From a virus, in IMG/VR virus record IMGVR_UViG_3300009537_000050, positions 1-42,175 of that record: a DNA stretch of 42,175 bases. The stretch is one strand, 5' to 3'. The translations under genes were made by a program, and so were the position numbers. Shown in pieces: positions 18,779 through 26,845 of the stretch. The notes under the pieces were generated by a model. That model ran no database searches, was not told the DNA's origin, and saw only the letters and a list, made by a program, of their open reading frames with translations. Position 1 is the first letter of the stretch, and each line of letters starts with the position of its first letter.

Positions 18779-20163
18779 TTGGAACGATTCCCTTCATCTA
18801 GATTCGGCTTGACTGTCGTCGACCGCGAACGACCTGACAGCTCTGTTAGCGACCAGACCAGTGCGTCCATGTTGTCAGGACTGTCATCACCAGGAAGGTA
18901 GTTGCACATCTGGTCTTCAAGCTCAGGAAAGATACCGACGTGATGCACGAAGCCTCGCTCATAGAGCGTCGATATCGGTTCAGCTCTCGTTATCTTTCCA
19001 TGCGCTGCACGCACTGCTCTGTATGAGAAGTGTCTATTGATATTTCTGAGGACCGTCTCGACGAGAGCGCCGCCGTTGTTGACCTCAGCTACGAGACGGT
19101 CAGCGTGCATCTCTTCATACACACCTAACGCCTTCGAGCCCCAGAAGTTAGGAGACCCGTGACACGTGTCGTCCCGCATAACGTAGAAGTGCCCATTGCT
19201 TCCCTTACACGCTGTCACGATACCCGCGGCGGCGCACTCTCCGTCCTCTGACACAGATGGGTCCACGCCTGTAACGATACGAACAACAGGGCAGGGAACT
19301 TTAATGACTCGATGCTGGTCGATGAGAGATTGCTTCCACAACGCTCCTGGCAACTCTGTCAGGAGTTCGCCTTCTAGTTCCTGGCGACCAGCGAGCGTGC
19401 CCTCATACTTACTGATGATATGTTCGAAGAACGCACGCGCCAGGTTGTCTCGGTTGTCGTACGTCGTTCCATGGGTGACGACAACGTCCTTGCGTTTGAT
19501 TAGCTCACGTATCGCCTTCTTAGGTCGAGGGGTTGTCGAGACGAGCCCTCGAGGCCTGTGACCTAAACGAAGACCGAACATCAGTTGGTCCCAGGGATTG
19601 TCTTCGACCTTCGCAGAGAGATACTTCCACGCAGCTAGCTCGTCGGCCCAGAACGTGTCGTGCGACGGACCACGCAAGAGACTAGGCTTCTCAGCTGTGT
19701 ATGTTGTCGCACGTGCAACGACCCACTCTCCTGTGGGAGTCGTTCGTCCAGGCCACGTAAGTCGACGCTTGCTTGGTTCGTATGTAGGTCTCCACGCAGG
19801 GTCAGCTGTCTCTAAGATGCCAGCCTCTCCTTCAACCATGACGTCACGTACGTCAGCAGCCGTTCGTCCAACTAAGGCTATCTTCTTTTTGCCGTTGTCG
19901 ACGACCTCTTCATGGATGAACTGAGAACCGGTACGCGTCTTACCCCAACCACGTCCAGACTTAACGAGCCAGATAGACCAATCGCCTTGCGGCGTCCGCT
20001 GTGCTGGCCTCGCCCAGAACGGCCAGTAATATGGAAGCGCTCTTACCTCACGTTCAGACAGACTTTGAATCCACGCCTCACGTTCCGCGGCGCTTAGTGA
20101 TGCTATCAAATCTGCTGGCGATGAGTCCTCGGGCAACTTCCAGTTCCAAAGGCCCGCCGTCAT
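18766..20163 (-). CDS. terL: Terminase large subunit
   Basis: Walker A GRGWGKT, Walker B-like FWADE, and a C-terminal nuclease-type acidic motif (TGVDPS). Typical N-terminus WPFWARPAQ. Confidence 0.9.
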   Translation of the reverse strand: MTAGLWNWKLPEDSSPADLIASLSAAEREAWIQSLSEREVRALPYYWPFWARPAQRTPQGDWSIWLVKSGRGWGKTRTGSQFIHEEVVDNGKKKIALVGRTAADVRDVMVEGEAGILETADPAWRPTYEPSKRRLTWPGRTTPTGEWVVARATTYTAEKPSLLRGPSHDTFWADELAAWKYLSAKVEDNPWDQLMFGLRLGHRPRGLVSTTPRPKKAIRELIKRKDVVVTHGTTYDNRDNLARAFFEHIISKYEGTLAGRQELEGELLTELPGALWKQSLIDQHRVIKVPCPVVRIVTGVDPSVSEDGECAAAGIVTACKGSNGHFYVMRDDTCHGSPNFWGSKALGVYEEMHADRLVAEVNNGGALVETVLRNINRHFSYRAVRAAHGKITRAEPISTLYERGFVHHVGIFPELEDQMCNYLPGDDSPDNMDALVWSLTELSGRSRSTTVKPNLDEGNRSKWTA

Positions 20164-20473
20164 TTCCTGTCAGCTCCATGCGTTGACGTGGTTTGCCGTA
20201 ACCATATGCGAGGAGGAGGCGCAGCGCTTCGATACGGTCACGTGACGCCTTGCCTCGTGTCCTCGCAATCTCTATTAAGATATCGACCGCTTCGTTGTTG
20301 TCCTTCTTTGGGTCCTGAAGCAAATCCTGAATGAGCTTCTCAAGCTCCCGGTTCTTCTTTGGTCGACCTCCTGGATTGCCGCTAGTACCAGGTTGGAAGG
20401 GGATGAGGTTCTTCGACGTACGCTTCGCCGTCTTCTTAGTAGCCTTCTTCGCTGTCTTCTTACGTGTCGCCAT
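20078..20473 (-). CDS. terS: Terminase small subunit candidate (131 aa from the ATG)
   Basis: Basic N-terminus and the PFQPGTSGNPGGRPKK motif common in small terminases. The ATG at 20473 has GAGG 6 nt upstream (the ORF track starts at GTG 20485). The 3' end overlaps terL by 86 nt. Confidence 0.65.
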   Translation of the reverse strand: MATRKKTAKKATKKTAKRTSKNLIPFQPGTSGNPGGRPKKNRELEKLIQDLLQDPKKDNNEAVDILIEIARTRGKASRDRIEALRLLLAYGYGKPRQRMELTGNDGGPLELEVARGLIASRFDSITKRRGT

Positions 20474-20607
20474 GTCCAGCCTCACTACCCTCTGATGTAT
20501 ACCTGTTCTCAGAGGACGTCCTCGCTTTACAGGGAGGGTAATCGACGACAGCCTAAGGTCACAGACCGAGGAATGAAACCCTCAATGTGGGGAGAAGACT
20601 TCACACC

Positions 20608-20793
20608 GTTACGGCGTTACACCGTTACAGCTCGTTCGCGAAAACCGTACGTGTAGCTATTACCTTCCCTAGAACTCTTTTTAGAGATTCGGGGTGTAAC
20701 GCTGTAACAGGTCGCGAATTCGACGAGCCTGGCCTAGTTTAGAGCGTGTTACACCGTTACACCGACCGTAGAGGCTTGCCGTAACGCTGTAAC
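20608..20793. promoter_or_regulatory. Phased GTTAC/GTAAC iterons in the divergent control region (operator or origin candidate)
   Basis: GTTAC at 20608, 20616, 20624. GTAAC at 20696, 20704. GTTAC at 20748, 20756. GTAAC at 20781, 20789. Spacing within each cluster is always 8 bp. The 14-mers GTTACACCGTTACA and GTAACGCTGTAACA each occur twice. Confidence 0.6.
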
Positions 20794-20943
20794 ACGACGT
20801 ATTTCATCTGTTTACCTGCGAATCCTTTGGACCTTAGAACGTATCCGCAGCGTATCGGCGGTCGAGTTAACCCCTCTCCGAAGGCGTTGGCCGCTCCTCA
20901 GCAAAGCGAGGCCGCCGATACGTTGCTTGCTGAGGAGAGGAAC

Positions 20944-22950
20944 GTGCCGACATACAGACAGCTAGTTGCGAAGAAGTTAGAAGAGAGTAGTCTTACAGCA
21001 GCGGACGCGAAAGCTCTAGGCATAGAGAGTCTAAGCGCTCAGGCGACGGCGAAACTTTTCAAGAAGTTCAAAGTGCCAGCGCTTCGACTTAACTATTATA
21101 GTACGGACGGCAAGAAACGACGTGACGTGTACCGCGTTCGTTTGCTTGAAAAACCGGTCGGTGCTTTTGGTAGCATTGCTGAAACCGCACCAAAGTATCT
21201 GCAACCCACAGGCTCTGTAGTCTCTGCTTACTTTCCACGAATCATCCCGTGGAGTGAAATTGTAGAGAACACAGAGGAGAGCATCATCATCACAGAGGGT
21301 GAACTCAAAGCTGCGTGTGCTTGCAAATACGGATGGTCGACCATCGGGCTTGGTGGCTGTTGGTCATGGCGGTCGTCTAAGAACGGCTGGTCACTTCTAC
21401 CTGAACTAGAACGGATTACATGGGAGGGAAGAGATGTCGTCATATGCTTCGACGATGACGCAGCGCAAAAAGCAGATGTCGCACAAGCTATCGTCTCACT
21501 TTGCGGAGCACTTACGAAGAGAGGCGCACTTCCACGTATCGCTGTTCTACCCTCTGTTCGAACCACTGGAAAGACAGGCATCGACGACTTCATCGTAGCT
21601 AAAGGACCTGAAGCATTCGGAGAGGTTCTGGATGAAGCAGACGGAGATGAACTCACGCATAAGCTCTGGGACTTCAACTCACGGTTTGCGGTTATTCTTG
21701 ACCCCGGTCTCGTTTACGACCAAAAGCGTCACGCTCGCTACAATCCCAGAGAGTTTAGGACAACGCTCTTTGCCAACGTCTGGGCAGCGAAGAGGGAGTT
21801 CACAGCTGACGGAACACCGAAGCTGAAGCAGACGCAAGTTGCTCCGACATGGGTTCAGTGGCCGACGCGCAGACAGTTCAGCCGACTCACCTATGACCCA
21901 GGAAAAGGACCTATCGTCGACGGCGCTCTAAATGGATGGGGCGGGTGGTCGACGGAACCAATAAAGGGTTCAGTAGAACCATGGAAGAGGCTTATCGACC
22001 TACTCTTCGAAGACGTTCCACGCGAAGCACGTCACTGGTTTGAATGCTGGTGCGCCTACCCTATTCGTTATCCAGGCACGAAGCTTCTCAGCGCTGTTGG
22101 TATCTGGTCTCATGAGCAGGGGGTCGGTAAGTCACTGGTCGGGGTAACGCTCAGCAAGATATACGGAGACAACTACATTGCCATCAGTCAGCGTGAGCTT
22201 GAGAGTGATTTCAATAGTTGGGCAGTGAACAAACAATTCGTCATGGTCGATGATGTATCGTCTCACGATTCACGTGCGAAGGCGGACGTCCTCAAGAAGA
22301 TAATCACGCAGCGTGAACTCGTCGTGAATATGAAGTACGTCCCAACCTACGTATTACCTGATAGAGCCAACTATTACCTGACGTCGAACAGACCGAATGC
22401 TTTTTATGTTGAAGAACGTGATAGGCGATTCTTCATTCACGAGGTTACGGGCGGAAGAAAGTCGACACAGTTCTATGACTCGTATTTCAAATGGCTCGAC
22501 ACAGATGGTGCGCGAGCTCTCTTTCACTACTTCAAGCATGAGTTGAACCTCGAGGGTTTCTCACCGTTCGAACCGCCGCCGTCAACGAAAGCGAAGCGTG
22601 AGATGGTGGACAGCGTAAAGACAGAGTTGACATTGTGGTTGACAGAGCTGCGAGAAATGCCTGAAGAGAAACTCAAGCTTGGTTCGCAGACGTTGACGCG
22701 TGACCTGTACACGCCTCGTGAACTGACGGAAATATTCGGACAGACGTGCAAGGGTAGACCCGTCGCGCCAAACGTTATGGGTCTACACCTGAGAGAATAC
22801 TTTGAACCTGTAGGCGTACTACGTTCAGGCGAATCAACGGGTCGGTACTACGCAGTGCGCAATGGTGAGAGATGGAAGAAGGCTACTAAGGTACAACTCA
22901 CGAAGCATTTGAAAGACTCACTCGCCGTCGACGGCGGGGGTAAATACTAG
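20944..22950 (+). CDS. Bifunctional primase-helicase (Toprim/DUF3854-like N-domain plus D5/P4-type SF3 NTPase)
   Basis: IIITEGELKAACACKYGWSTIGLGG is a Toprim-like acidic motif. Walker A GVGKS and Walker B FVMVDDV. The ORF track starts at TTG 20827. The in-frame GTG at 20944 has GAGGAGAGG just upstream. Confidence 0.8.
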   Translation: MPTYRQLVAKKLEESSLTAADAKALGIESLSAQATAKLFKKFKVPALRLNYYSTDGKKRRDVYRVRLLEKPVGAFGSIAETAPKYLQPTGSVVSAYFPRIIPWSEIVENTEESIIITEGELKAACACKYGWSTIGLGGCWSWRSSKNGWSLLPELERITWEGRDVVICFDDDAAQKADVAQAIVSLCGALTKRGALPRIAVLPSVRTTGKTGIDDFIVAKGPEAFGEVLDEADGDELTHKLWDFNSRFAVILDPGLVYDQKRHARYNPREFRTTLFANVWAAKREFTADGTPKLKQTQVAPTWVQWPTRRQFSRLTYDPGKGPIVDGALNGWGGWSTEPIKGSVEPWKRLIDLLFEDVPREARHWFECWCAYPIRYPGTKLLSAVGIWSHEQGVGKSLVGVTLSKIYGDNYIAISQRELESDFNSWAVNKQFVMVDDVSSHDSRAKADVLKKIITQRELVVNMKYVPTYVLPDRANYYLTSNRPNAFYVEERDRRFFIHEVTGGRKSTQFYDSYFKWLDTDGARALFHYFKHELNLEGFSPFEPPPSTKAKREMVDSVKTELTLWLTELREMPEEKLKLGSQTLTRDLYTPRELTEIFGQTCKGRPVAPNVMGLHLREYFEPVGVLRSGESTGRYYAVRNGERWKKATKVQLTKHLKDSLAVDGGGKY

Positions 22951-22959
22951 GAGAGGGGC

Positions 22960-23232
22960 ATGGCGAAACTAACTGAAGGACAGAAGCAGATGGCAGCTAT
23001 CGCAGCTGTTCAACGTGCGTCGCTATTCAATCAAAAGGTGGCGATAGTTGTTGACGATGAGGAGGGCGTGACGAAGATGGTGAAGCGCGTCAAGGACGCA
23101 GCTGCGCATCTCAAGCTCAAGGTGAAGAGACGTGCTAGCGGGGTTTCAATCATCATCAAAGACAAGGGTCAAGTGAACGTCGTCAACGCACAGTGTTTAG
23201 GAATCACTGGAACAGACAAGTTCCAAAACTGA
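22960..23232 (+). CDS. Hypothetical early protein (90 aa)
   Basis: ATG with GGAGAGGGG upstream. Co-oriented and tightly packed. Confidence 0.6.
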   Translation: MAKLTEGQKQMAAIAAVQRASLFNQKVAIVVDDEEGVTKMVKRVKDAAAHLKLKVKRRASGVSIIIKDKGQVNVVNAQCLGITGTDKFQN

Positions 23233-23242
23233 GGAGCGAAAC

Positions 23243-23659
23243 ATGACACGGAAAGAAGTCAGGCAGAGCAGACGGAAGCGTGCGCAAGCCGCGAAGCGTA
23301 AGACGCAGAACAATGCGGCGAACGTTATCAATCAGCACCAGGAGGACATAGCGAAGACACTCCCAGGTCTTCCAGTACCGAATACGAATCCACCCCCACC
23401 GCGTGAGAGACTTGAAGCTACCGCCATGATTGAACAGAAGGCGTACGTCGCTTTCATCTGTGGACACTGTCAAGTCTCAATCAGCCGTCCCGCAGACCCA
23501 AACGTCATCGTGTCTCTTCAACGCGGGATACACATTAACTGCCCCCACTGTGACGGACCGCTTGCAGCGAAGTTCCCAGAGAAGCGTCTCATCATCACGC
23601 CCCATGAACACAACCGTGAAGTCATTCAAGCGCAACGTGCGGCAAGAGGTGAACCATGA
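23243..23659 (+). CDS. Hypothetical early protein with a CxxC...CxxC zinc ribbon (138 aa)
   Basis: GAGGAG RBS. Cys pairs CGHC...CPHC. Basic N-terminus. Confidence 0.6.
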   Translation: MTRKEVRQSRRKRAQAAKRKTQNNAANVINQHQEDIAKTLPGLPVPNTNPPPPRERLEATAMIEQKAYVAFICGHCQVSISRPADPNVIVSLQRGIHINCPHCDGPLAAKFPEKRLIITPHEHNREVIQAQRAARGEP

Positions 23660-23871
23660 ATCAGCAAGCTGAAATCCTAGACGCAAAGAAACCTGAATTT
23701 GTTTTCGCCACGTCAGGGGCTGAGAGTCGAGACGGTCGATGGTTCCACTACGACTGTTTCATTCAGGACGACAAGGGTTTTGGATACGCTCAGTCATTTC
23801 CAAAACGCGCGAAGAGCGAACACACGAAGTGTCTCGGCTGTCGTCTTACTATCAACGGGAAACTACCATGA
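23656..23871 (+). CDS. Hypothetical early protein (71 aa)
   Basis: ATGA coupling at both ends. Confidence 0.55.
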   Translation: MNQQAEILDAKKPEFVFATSGAESRDGRWFHYDCFIQDDKGFGYAQSFPKRAKSEHTKCLGCRLTINGKLP

Positions 23872-24902
23872 ACATCGGTGACCTATACGTCAGAGAGGTT
23901 CAGGTTGGGGAGAAACGCTTCTCTGCGCGAGTTCTCCACGGCGTTGAAACTCTTGTAGAAGAGATAACCGGCAGGCGTGGGTGTGCGAAGATACCTCAAG
24001 TGGACCTAGATGACCTTCATATTCATTGTCTAGAGTCTCACTTCCACGACCACTTCATCGCGGCAATCAAAGCCACTGGAACTAGAGTCATTAAAGACCC
24101 ACAACCAGTGTTCCCTTTTCCTACCAAACAAAGATATTCAGTCCACCTTCTTCGTGATAGCTGCACTATCCAAGTTGACGGCGGGGTCTGTACCTGTACG
24201 TTCAAACTCAAGGATGTTCTTGCAAAGAAACCGGACAAGACGGCCAACGCGTACAGGGAATTTTTCATCGCCGCTGTTCGTGCGTGTGGAAAGAAAGGTT
24301 CTGACATAGCGTGGACTAAAGAACCGCAGACGCCGCCCCAGATAAAAATCACAGCGCGTTCAATCGCTGATAAATACGCTGAACAGATGGCTGGTATCAT
24401 CAAGGATGGGAGGATTGAGTTTCCCACTGGAGTCGTATTACCAGAGTGGTACAAATTCGAACTGCTTCCCTCGTCTAGGGACGCGTCGCCAAAAGTTACG
24501 ATGTATCCTCCGGAGAGCGTCAATTGCCGATGTGTAGTGCAAGACGTAAAGAAGCAAGTCAAAGAGGCACGGGTCTTCTTCGGAGTACAGACAAACCCAC
24601 ACCGCTGTAAGTACCACATCCCACAATTCATCGGCAATGAAGTAAGAGTCAACCCCGCGAAACCGTACTATCGTGAAGGTAGACCTCAACGCTCTGCTAC
24701 GTACGCGGACATCCTTCTCAAAGAGCGTGCGCTAGCAGAGCAGTCACGATTGCTACGCAGCGTTGAGACGTATGACTGGCCGCTGTGCAGCGCACGTGCT
24801 GGGTCATTGGGAAGAGGAGAGCGTGTCGAACTACGGTTCATTGAACATGACAGATGGTCTGGTCGATGGGCGTTCGTCTGCGAACACTGCAAAGAGGTCT
24901 GA
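23868..24902 (+). CDS. Hypothetical Cys-rich early protein (344 aa from the coupled ATG)
   Basis: The ORF track starts at 23739. The ATG at 23868 overlaps the upstream stop (ATGA). No family recognised. Confidence 0.6.
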   Translation: MNIGDLYVREVQVGEKRFSARVLHGVETLVEEITGRRGCAKIPQVDLDDLHIHCLESHFHDHFIAAIKATGTRVIKDPQPVFPFPTKQRYSVHLLRDSCTIQVDGGVCTCTFKLKDVLAKKPDKTANAYREFFIAAVRACGKKGSDIAWTKEPQTPPQIKITARSIADKYAEQMAGIIKDGRIEFPTGVVLPEWYKFELLPSSRDASPKVTMYPPESVNCRCVVQDVKKQVKEARVFFGVQTNPHRCKYHIPQFIGNEVRVNPAKPYYREGRPQRSATYADILLKERALAEQSRLLRSVETYDWPLCSARAGSLGRGERVELRFIEHDRWSGRWAFVCEHCKEV

Positions 24903-24903
24903 G

Positions 24904-25212
24904 ATGAACCAAGAGTTACTTGACAAAATGGTTGACGACCATCTTCAAACGTTGACTGCCCTCGAGGCCAGGGTGAGAGACCTTGAACAGAGGCTTCGCG
25001 CGTCTGAAGCATTCGCAGACGGTGCTGTTAGAGATTGGCAACACTTCAAACGAAAGCTTGAGCTTGCTGAAGAACTCATCGAACGATTGAAGGAGTACGC
25101 GCAACGTGGTCTGAAGATGGGACTGAGCTTTGCGTTTGAACGTGGAGAGATGGATGGGATTCCTGATTACCTCTTCGCGCAGTTCATAGACCCAAGCACA
25201 CCGGAGGCGTGA
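24904..25212 (+). CDS. Hypothetical coiled-coil early protein (102 aa)
   Basis: The ATG at 24904 lies 2 nt after the upstream stop. The ORF track start at 24763 would overlap the upstream gene by 140 nt. Confidence 0.55.
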   Translation: MNQELLDKMVDDHLQTLTALEARVRDLEQRLRASEAFADGAVRDWQHFKRKLELAEELIERLKEYAQRGLKMGLSFAFERGEMDGIPDYLFAQFIDPSTPEA

Positions 25213-25213
25213 G

Positions 25214-25372
25214 ATGTTAGAACCCAATGAAGAGTCACGTCGCAGACTGATAGAACTTCTTTGGTTCTCAGGAGGAATCATTGGATACGGAATCGTAGTA
25301 AGTTTCACTATTGGTATCAGTGTTGGAATCGTTGGGCTGATGCTTAGAATCTTCGACTCCGTGTTTAGATAG
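25214..25372 (+). CDS. Small membrane protein candidate (52 aa; below the ORF-track cutoff)
   Basis: Hand translation gives MLEPNEESRRRLIELLWFSGGIIGYGIVVSFTIGISVGIVGLMLRIFDSVFR. It exactly fills the gap between flanking genes and has one or two hydrophobic helices. Confidence 0.45.
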   Translation: MLEPNEESRRRLIELLWFSGGIIGYGIVVSFTIGISVGIVGLMLRIFDSVFR

Positions 25373-25374
25373 TA

Positions 25375-25647
25375 ATGACCCCTCTTGAACGCCTCCGCGC
25401 TTGCGCGAACGCCGCTGAACTAAAGACTGCTTTCCGCAGCCTTGTAGCGTCAGCTCATCCAGACATAGGCGGAGATGTTGATGAGTTCATAGCGTTACGG
25501 CAAGAGTATGAGAAACTCCTCGTGCGTCTAAAGGAACGAGACGCGCGGTGTGAGGAGTGTGAAGGGACTGGTCGAGTCCGTCGTGCCAGAGGGTGGTTAG
25601 CGGTGGACGAGGCGTGTCCCGTCTGTGGAGGGAGCGGAAAGACTTGA
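25375..25647 (+). CDS. Mini-DnaJ: J-domain core (HPD) plus two CxxCxGxG zinc-finger motifs, 90 aa
   Basis: LKTAFRSLVASAHPDIGGD..EFIALRQEYEKLL matches helix II-HPD-helix III. CEECEGTG and CPVCGGSG match the DnaJ zinc-centre motif. Confidence 0.7.
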   Translation: MTPLERLRACANAAELKTAFRSLVASAHPDIGGDVDEFIALRQEYEKLLVRLKERDARCEECEGTGRVRRARGWLAVDEACPVCGGSGKT

Positions 25648-25670
25648 TAAACCAGGCTCTCCGCTCCCTC
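25628..25670 (+). terminator. 11-bp perfect stem (21-nt loop) spanning the end of the mini-DnaJ gene, followed by a T-rich tract
   Basis: GAGGGAGCGGA (25628-38) pairs with TCCGCTCCCTC (25660-70), followed by TCAATTTTGTTT. The long loop lowers confidence. Confidence 0.3.
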
Positions 25671-25679
25671 TCAATTTTG

Positions 25680-25709
25680 TTTACATTTGGTCCAACTCCT
25701 GCGCATACT
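25680..25709 (+). promoter_or_regulatory. Sigma70-like promoter candidate upstream of the Lys-rich gene
   Basis: TTTACA, an 18-nt spacer, then CATACT, about 45 nt upstream of ATG 25756. By-eye match only. Confidence 0.3.
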
Positions 25710-25755
25710 GTACGTTGGTATCAATTAAGGTACCAACTTTGCTGAGGAGTTCAAG

Positions 25756-26079
25756 ATGTCGAAGAAGACCACTACTAAGAAGACCGCCGCGAAGAAGACC
25801 ACTACTAAGAAGACCGCCGCGAAGAAGACGTCCAAGAAGACGACTAAGAAGACCGCCGCGAAGAAGACGACCAAGAAGGAAGAGAAGTCTTCACGCCGTA
25901 CGGTCTCCTCTGTCGCACGAGAGCTTATCCGTCAGGGTCAGACGAACGCGCAAATCTGGAAAGCGTTGGACGAAGAGTTCGCTATCGGCGAGACGAAGAA
26001 GCATTACCCGTCTTGGTATCGGTCGAAGATGGTTCGCGACGGTGAGCTAACCAAAGCCCAAGCCTATCCGCGTAGCTAA
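25756..26079 (+). CDS. Lys-rich histone-H1-like protein with a conserved C-terminal domain (107 aa)
   Basis: The N-terminal KKTTTKKTAA repeats are encoded by a perfect 30-bp tandem repeat. The C-terminal about 50 aa are paralogous to the C-terminus of 32600..33385. Confidence 0.7.
   Translation: MSKKTTTKKTAAKKTTTKKTAAKKTSKKTTKKTAAKKTTKKEEKSSRRTVSSVARELIRQGQTNAQIWKALDEEFAIGETKKHYPSWYRSKMVRDGELTKAQAYPRS
25762..25821 (+). repeat. Perfect 2 x 30-bp in-frame tandem repeat (plus degenerate copies to about 25875)
   Basis: AAGAAGACCACTACTAAGAAGACCGCCGCG occurs twice in tandem and encodes KKTTTKKTAA. Confidence 0.9.
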
Positions 26080-26089
26080 GGAGACAGCG

Positions 26090-26401
26090 ATGAATAAAGT
26101 TCTTTATCCGTCCGATATCAATGATGCTATCCTGGACAACCTCGAAGCCCAGGACCCGTACTACTTTCGTAGCGGTTCCAAAGCTGTGACGTCACCGACG
26201 GCAGTTTGTGAACGCTTAGAGAAACTCGGTTTCGAAACGATGACGGGTGGGTTCGGTCGACGCCGACCTATCCAGTCCATGCGTCATCGCGTGTGGGAAG
26301 TAGCGTGTTCTGGCGATATGTTCGCTTGTGAGATTTCAGGGAATACGCGTCGAATCAAACGACGTTCCATTGTGAGGTCAACGCTCAAGACTTCACGCTA
26401 A
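26090..26401 (+). CDS. Hypothetical protein (103 aa)
   Basis: AAGGAGA RBS. It is the last gene before a strong terminator. Confidence 0.6.
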   Translation: MNKVLYPSDINDAILDNLEAQDPYYFRSGSKAVTSPTAVCERLEKLGFETMTGGFGRRRPIQSMRHRVWEVACSGDMFACEISGNTRRIKRRSIVRSTLKTSR

Positions 26402-26422
26402 TATCGACTTCGGTCGAACTTC

Positions 26423-26453
26423 AAAGGCTCCCTTCGGGGAGCCTTTTTTTTTT
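26423..26453 (+). terminator. Rho-independent terminator
   Basis: GGCTCCC-TTCG-GGGAGCC stem-loop followed by T10. The upstream AAA makes it potentially bidirectional. Confidence 0.85.
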
Positions 26454-26531
26454 CGCTTCAACGATTTACGCAAGTATCTGTTTGGTCTTACAACCTCTCT
26501 GAGGAGCAACGATTACCGAGAGGAGAAACAG

Positions 26532-26834
26532 ATGAACGATGTGAAGATGAAACATAACCATGCTGAAGACGGTCAGCTGCGATGGGGCTGTGACGCTTGT
26601 CACGCGGCAGCTCGCGCAGCAGAACTTCAAGCCAAGACGTCAGACGTGGTGAACGTGAATCAAAAATTTGAACGGTTGAAGAGAGCGCTATCAGCGGTTG
26701 ATGAGTTCTTCGAAATTCACCACGTAGCAGAACACATCTGCCGGGCGCCAAAGACATGCGGTGAAATCGAGGACTGCGTTGTGTGTGATGAACTCAAGAA
26801 GCTTCGAAATGAAATCAGCGAACTCATCATCTAA
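26532..26834 (+). CDS. Hypothetical Cys-containing protein (100 aa)
   Basis: GAGAGGAGA RBS. It is the first gene after the terminator. Confidence 0.6.
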   Translation: MNDVKMKHNHAEDGQLRWGCDACHAAARAAELQAKTSDVVNVNQKFERLKRALSAVDEFFEIHHVAEHICRAPKTCGEIEDCVVCDELKKLRNEISELII

Positions 26835-26845
26835 CGGAGTTCAAC

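Noticed and set aside
20489-20515. Inverted repeat CCTCTGA-N13-TCAGAGG in the terS leader, containing a GTATAC palindrome.
   Set aside because: It is only a 7-bp stem with a 13-nt loop. It is a single copy and could arise by chance. There is not enough to call an operator or RNA element.
20827-20943. TTG start at 20827 given by the ORF track for the primase-helicase.
   Set aside because: No RBS is present, and the start would run through the regulatory region. The in-frame GTG at 20944 is preceded by GAGGAGAGG. The true start remains unverified.
25762-25875. Tandem repeats at 25762-25875 and 32621-32668, considered as possible CRISPR-like or non-coding repeat arrays.
   Set aside because: They are contiguous (no spacers), in frame and encode Lys-rich peptide repeats, so they are coding microsatellite-like repeats.
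25625-26050. 141-aa Arg/Pro-rich ORF (RRRPLLRRPPRRR...).
   Set aside because: It is the +1 reading of the Lys-rich repeat gene 25756..26079. It starts inside the mini-DnaJ gene and has no RBS. The Lys-rich frame has a GAGGAG RBS and a paralogue elsewhere in the genome.
26461-26531. Possible promoter (TTTACG-N17-TTACAA) after the 26.4-kb terminator.
   Set aside because: The match to consensus is poor at both hexamers and there is no supporting conservation, so it is not reported as a feature.
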